Below, one piece after another: positions 63,478-64,000 of a stretch of 64,000 bases of DNA (its first letter is position 1; every line of letters begins with the position of its first letter). A program made the position numbers and the translations under genes. The stretch is from Bryobacterales bacterium. Its GTDB lineage: Bacteria > Acidobacteriota > Terriglobia > Bryobacterales > UBA6623. The DNA is taken from NCBI GenBank assembly GCA_963422375.2, contig OY729428.2:1504001-1568000 (forward strand). The letters run 5' to 3'. The notes under the pieces were generated by a model. It worked only from the letters and a program-made list of their open reading frames with translations. It had not been told where the DNA came from and did not search any database.

Positions 63478-64000
63478 TCAGGGCTGGACAGGTCGCTCGG
63501 CTTCTTCGTTCTTGAGAAGGTCTTTCTGTTCGGGATCTGTGTCCGTTCCTAGCTCGCCGGTTTGCACGGCCTCTACGGCTGGCGGGTCTACCCGCCCGGC
63601 TTCATCACGCGAACCACTGAATGCCGCAGATGCGAGCAATGCCACGATTATGGCAAAGAGTGCGAGCACAACGCCAAACATCCAGCGTGTGCTCCTGACT
63701 TCTGAACGCACGGCCCCCATCGTCGCAAGCATCTCCTTTTGGTAGAGCTTCCACTCCTTATCCTGCGCATCAAACCTTTCTCGAGTCGCCTTTTCCAAGC
63801 TCTCGAACCCGGCTCGTGTGGATTGCTCCAACTTGACCTGCGCCTCGCGGAGCCCCTGCATCTCCCGCTCCTGCGCTTCGAATCTGGCCTGCGTTACCGC
63901 TTCCAGCTTTTCGAACTTGGCCTGCGTCTTTTCTTCCAGCCTTTCGAACCCATCTTGAGTCGCCTTCTCCTGCGCCTCGAACCTGGCTTGCGTCTTCTCT
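63478..64000 (-). CDS. Coiled-coil repeat protein with C-terminal TM helix (DUF1640/Bdr-like architecture); 5' end outside the window
   Basis: Open frame from the window edge: EKTQARFEAQEKATQDGFERLEEKTQAKFEKLEAVTQARFEAQERE..., then RWMFGVVLALFAIIVALL. Confidence 0.7.
   Translation of the reverse strand, partial: EKTQARFEAQEKATQDGFERLEEKTQAKFEKLEAVTQARFEAQEREMQGLREAQVKLEQSTRAGFESLEKATRERFDAQDKEWKLYQKEMLATMGAVRSEVRSTRWMFGVVLALFAIIVALLASAAFSGSRDEAGRVDPPAVEAVQTGELGTDTDPEQKDLLKNEEAERPVQP

Overview
High-GC bacterial chromosomal window, most likely Acidobacteriota (Bryobacterales-like). This is an inference from the phoH-ybeY-era and PPIase-yhaM gene blocks, DUF1501/DUF1552/DUF1592 genes, many Tat/Sec-exported enzymes and carboxypeptidase-domain TonB receptors. 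It carries housekeeping genes (gatB, era, ybeY, phoH, yhaM, tRNA-Lys-CTT) and catabolic or redox genes (formaldehyde dehydrogenase, sarcosine-oxidase-like, three PQQ-type dehydrogenases, cytochromes c, amidohydrolases, a beta-oxidation enzyme). It also has two TonB-dependent receptors, a 1364-aa repeat-rich surface lipoprotein, three IS1595-family elements and several AT-shifted islets, one of which is a decayed AbiEi/AbiEii toxin-antitoxin pair. Highlights: (1) an AhpD-like gene split by an in-frame UGA in a CxxU motif and followed by a SECIS-like hairpin, a probable selenoprotein; (2) two paralogous modules of an atypical PQQ-like dehydrogenase (no vicinal disulfide, Glu->Gln and Glu->Asp at cofactor/metal sites, a CGC motif), each followed by a di-heme cytochrome with a CX4CH motif; (3) a lipoprotein with nine ~62-aa repeats and two TbpB-like lobes; (4) a recurrent CTGG/CCAG->CCGG substitution pattern in the IS copies, plus frequent CCTAG/CTAGG in core genes, suggesting cytosine-methylation and very-short-patch repair footprints. 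All family calls come from motif recognition by eye; no database searches were run.
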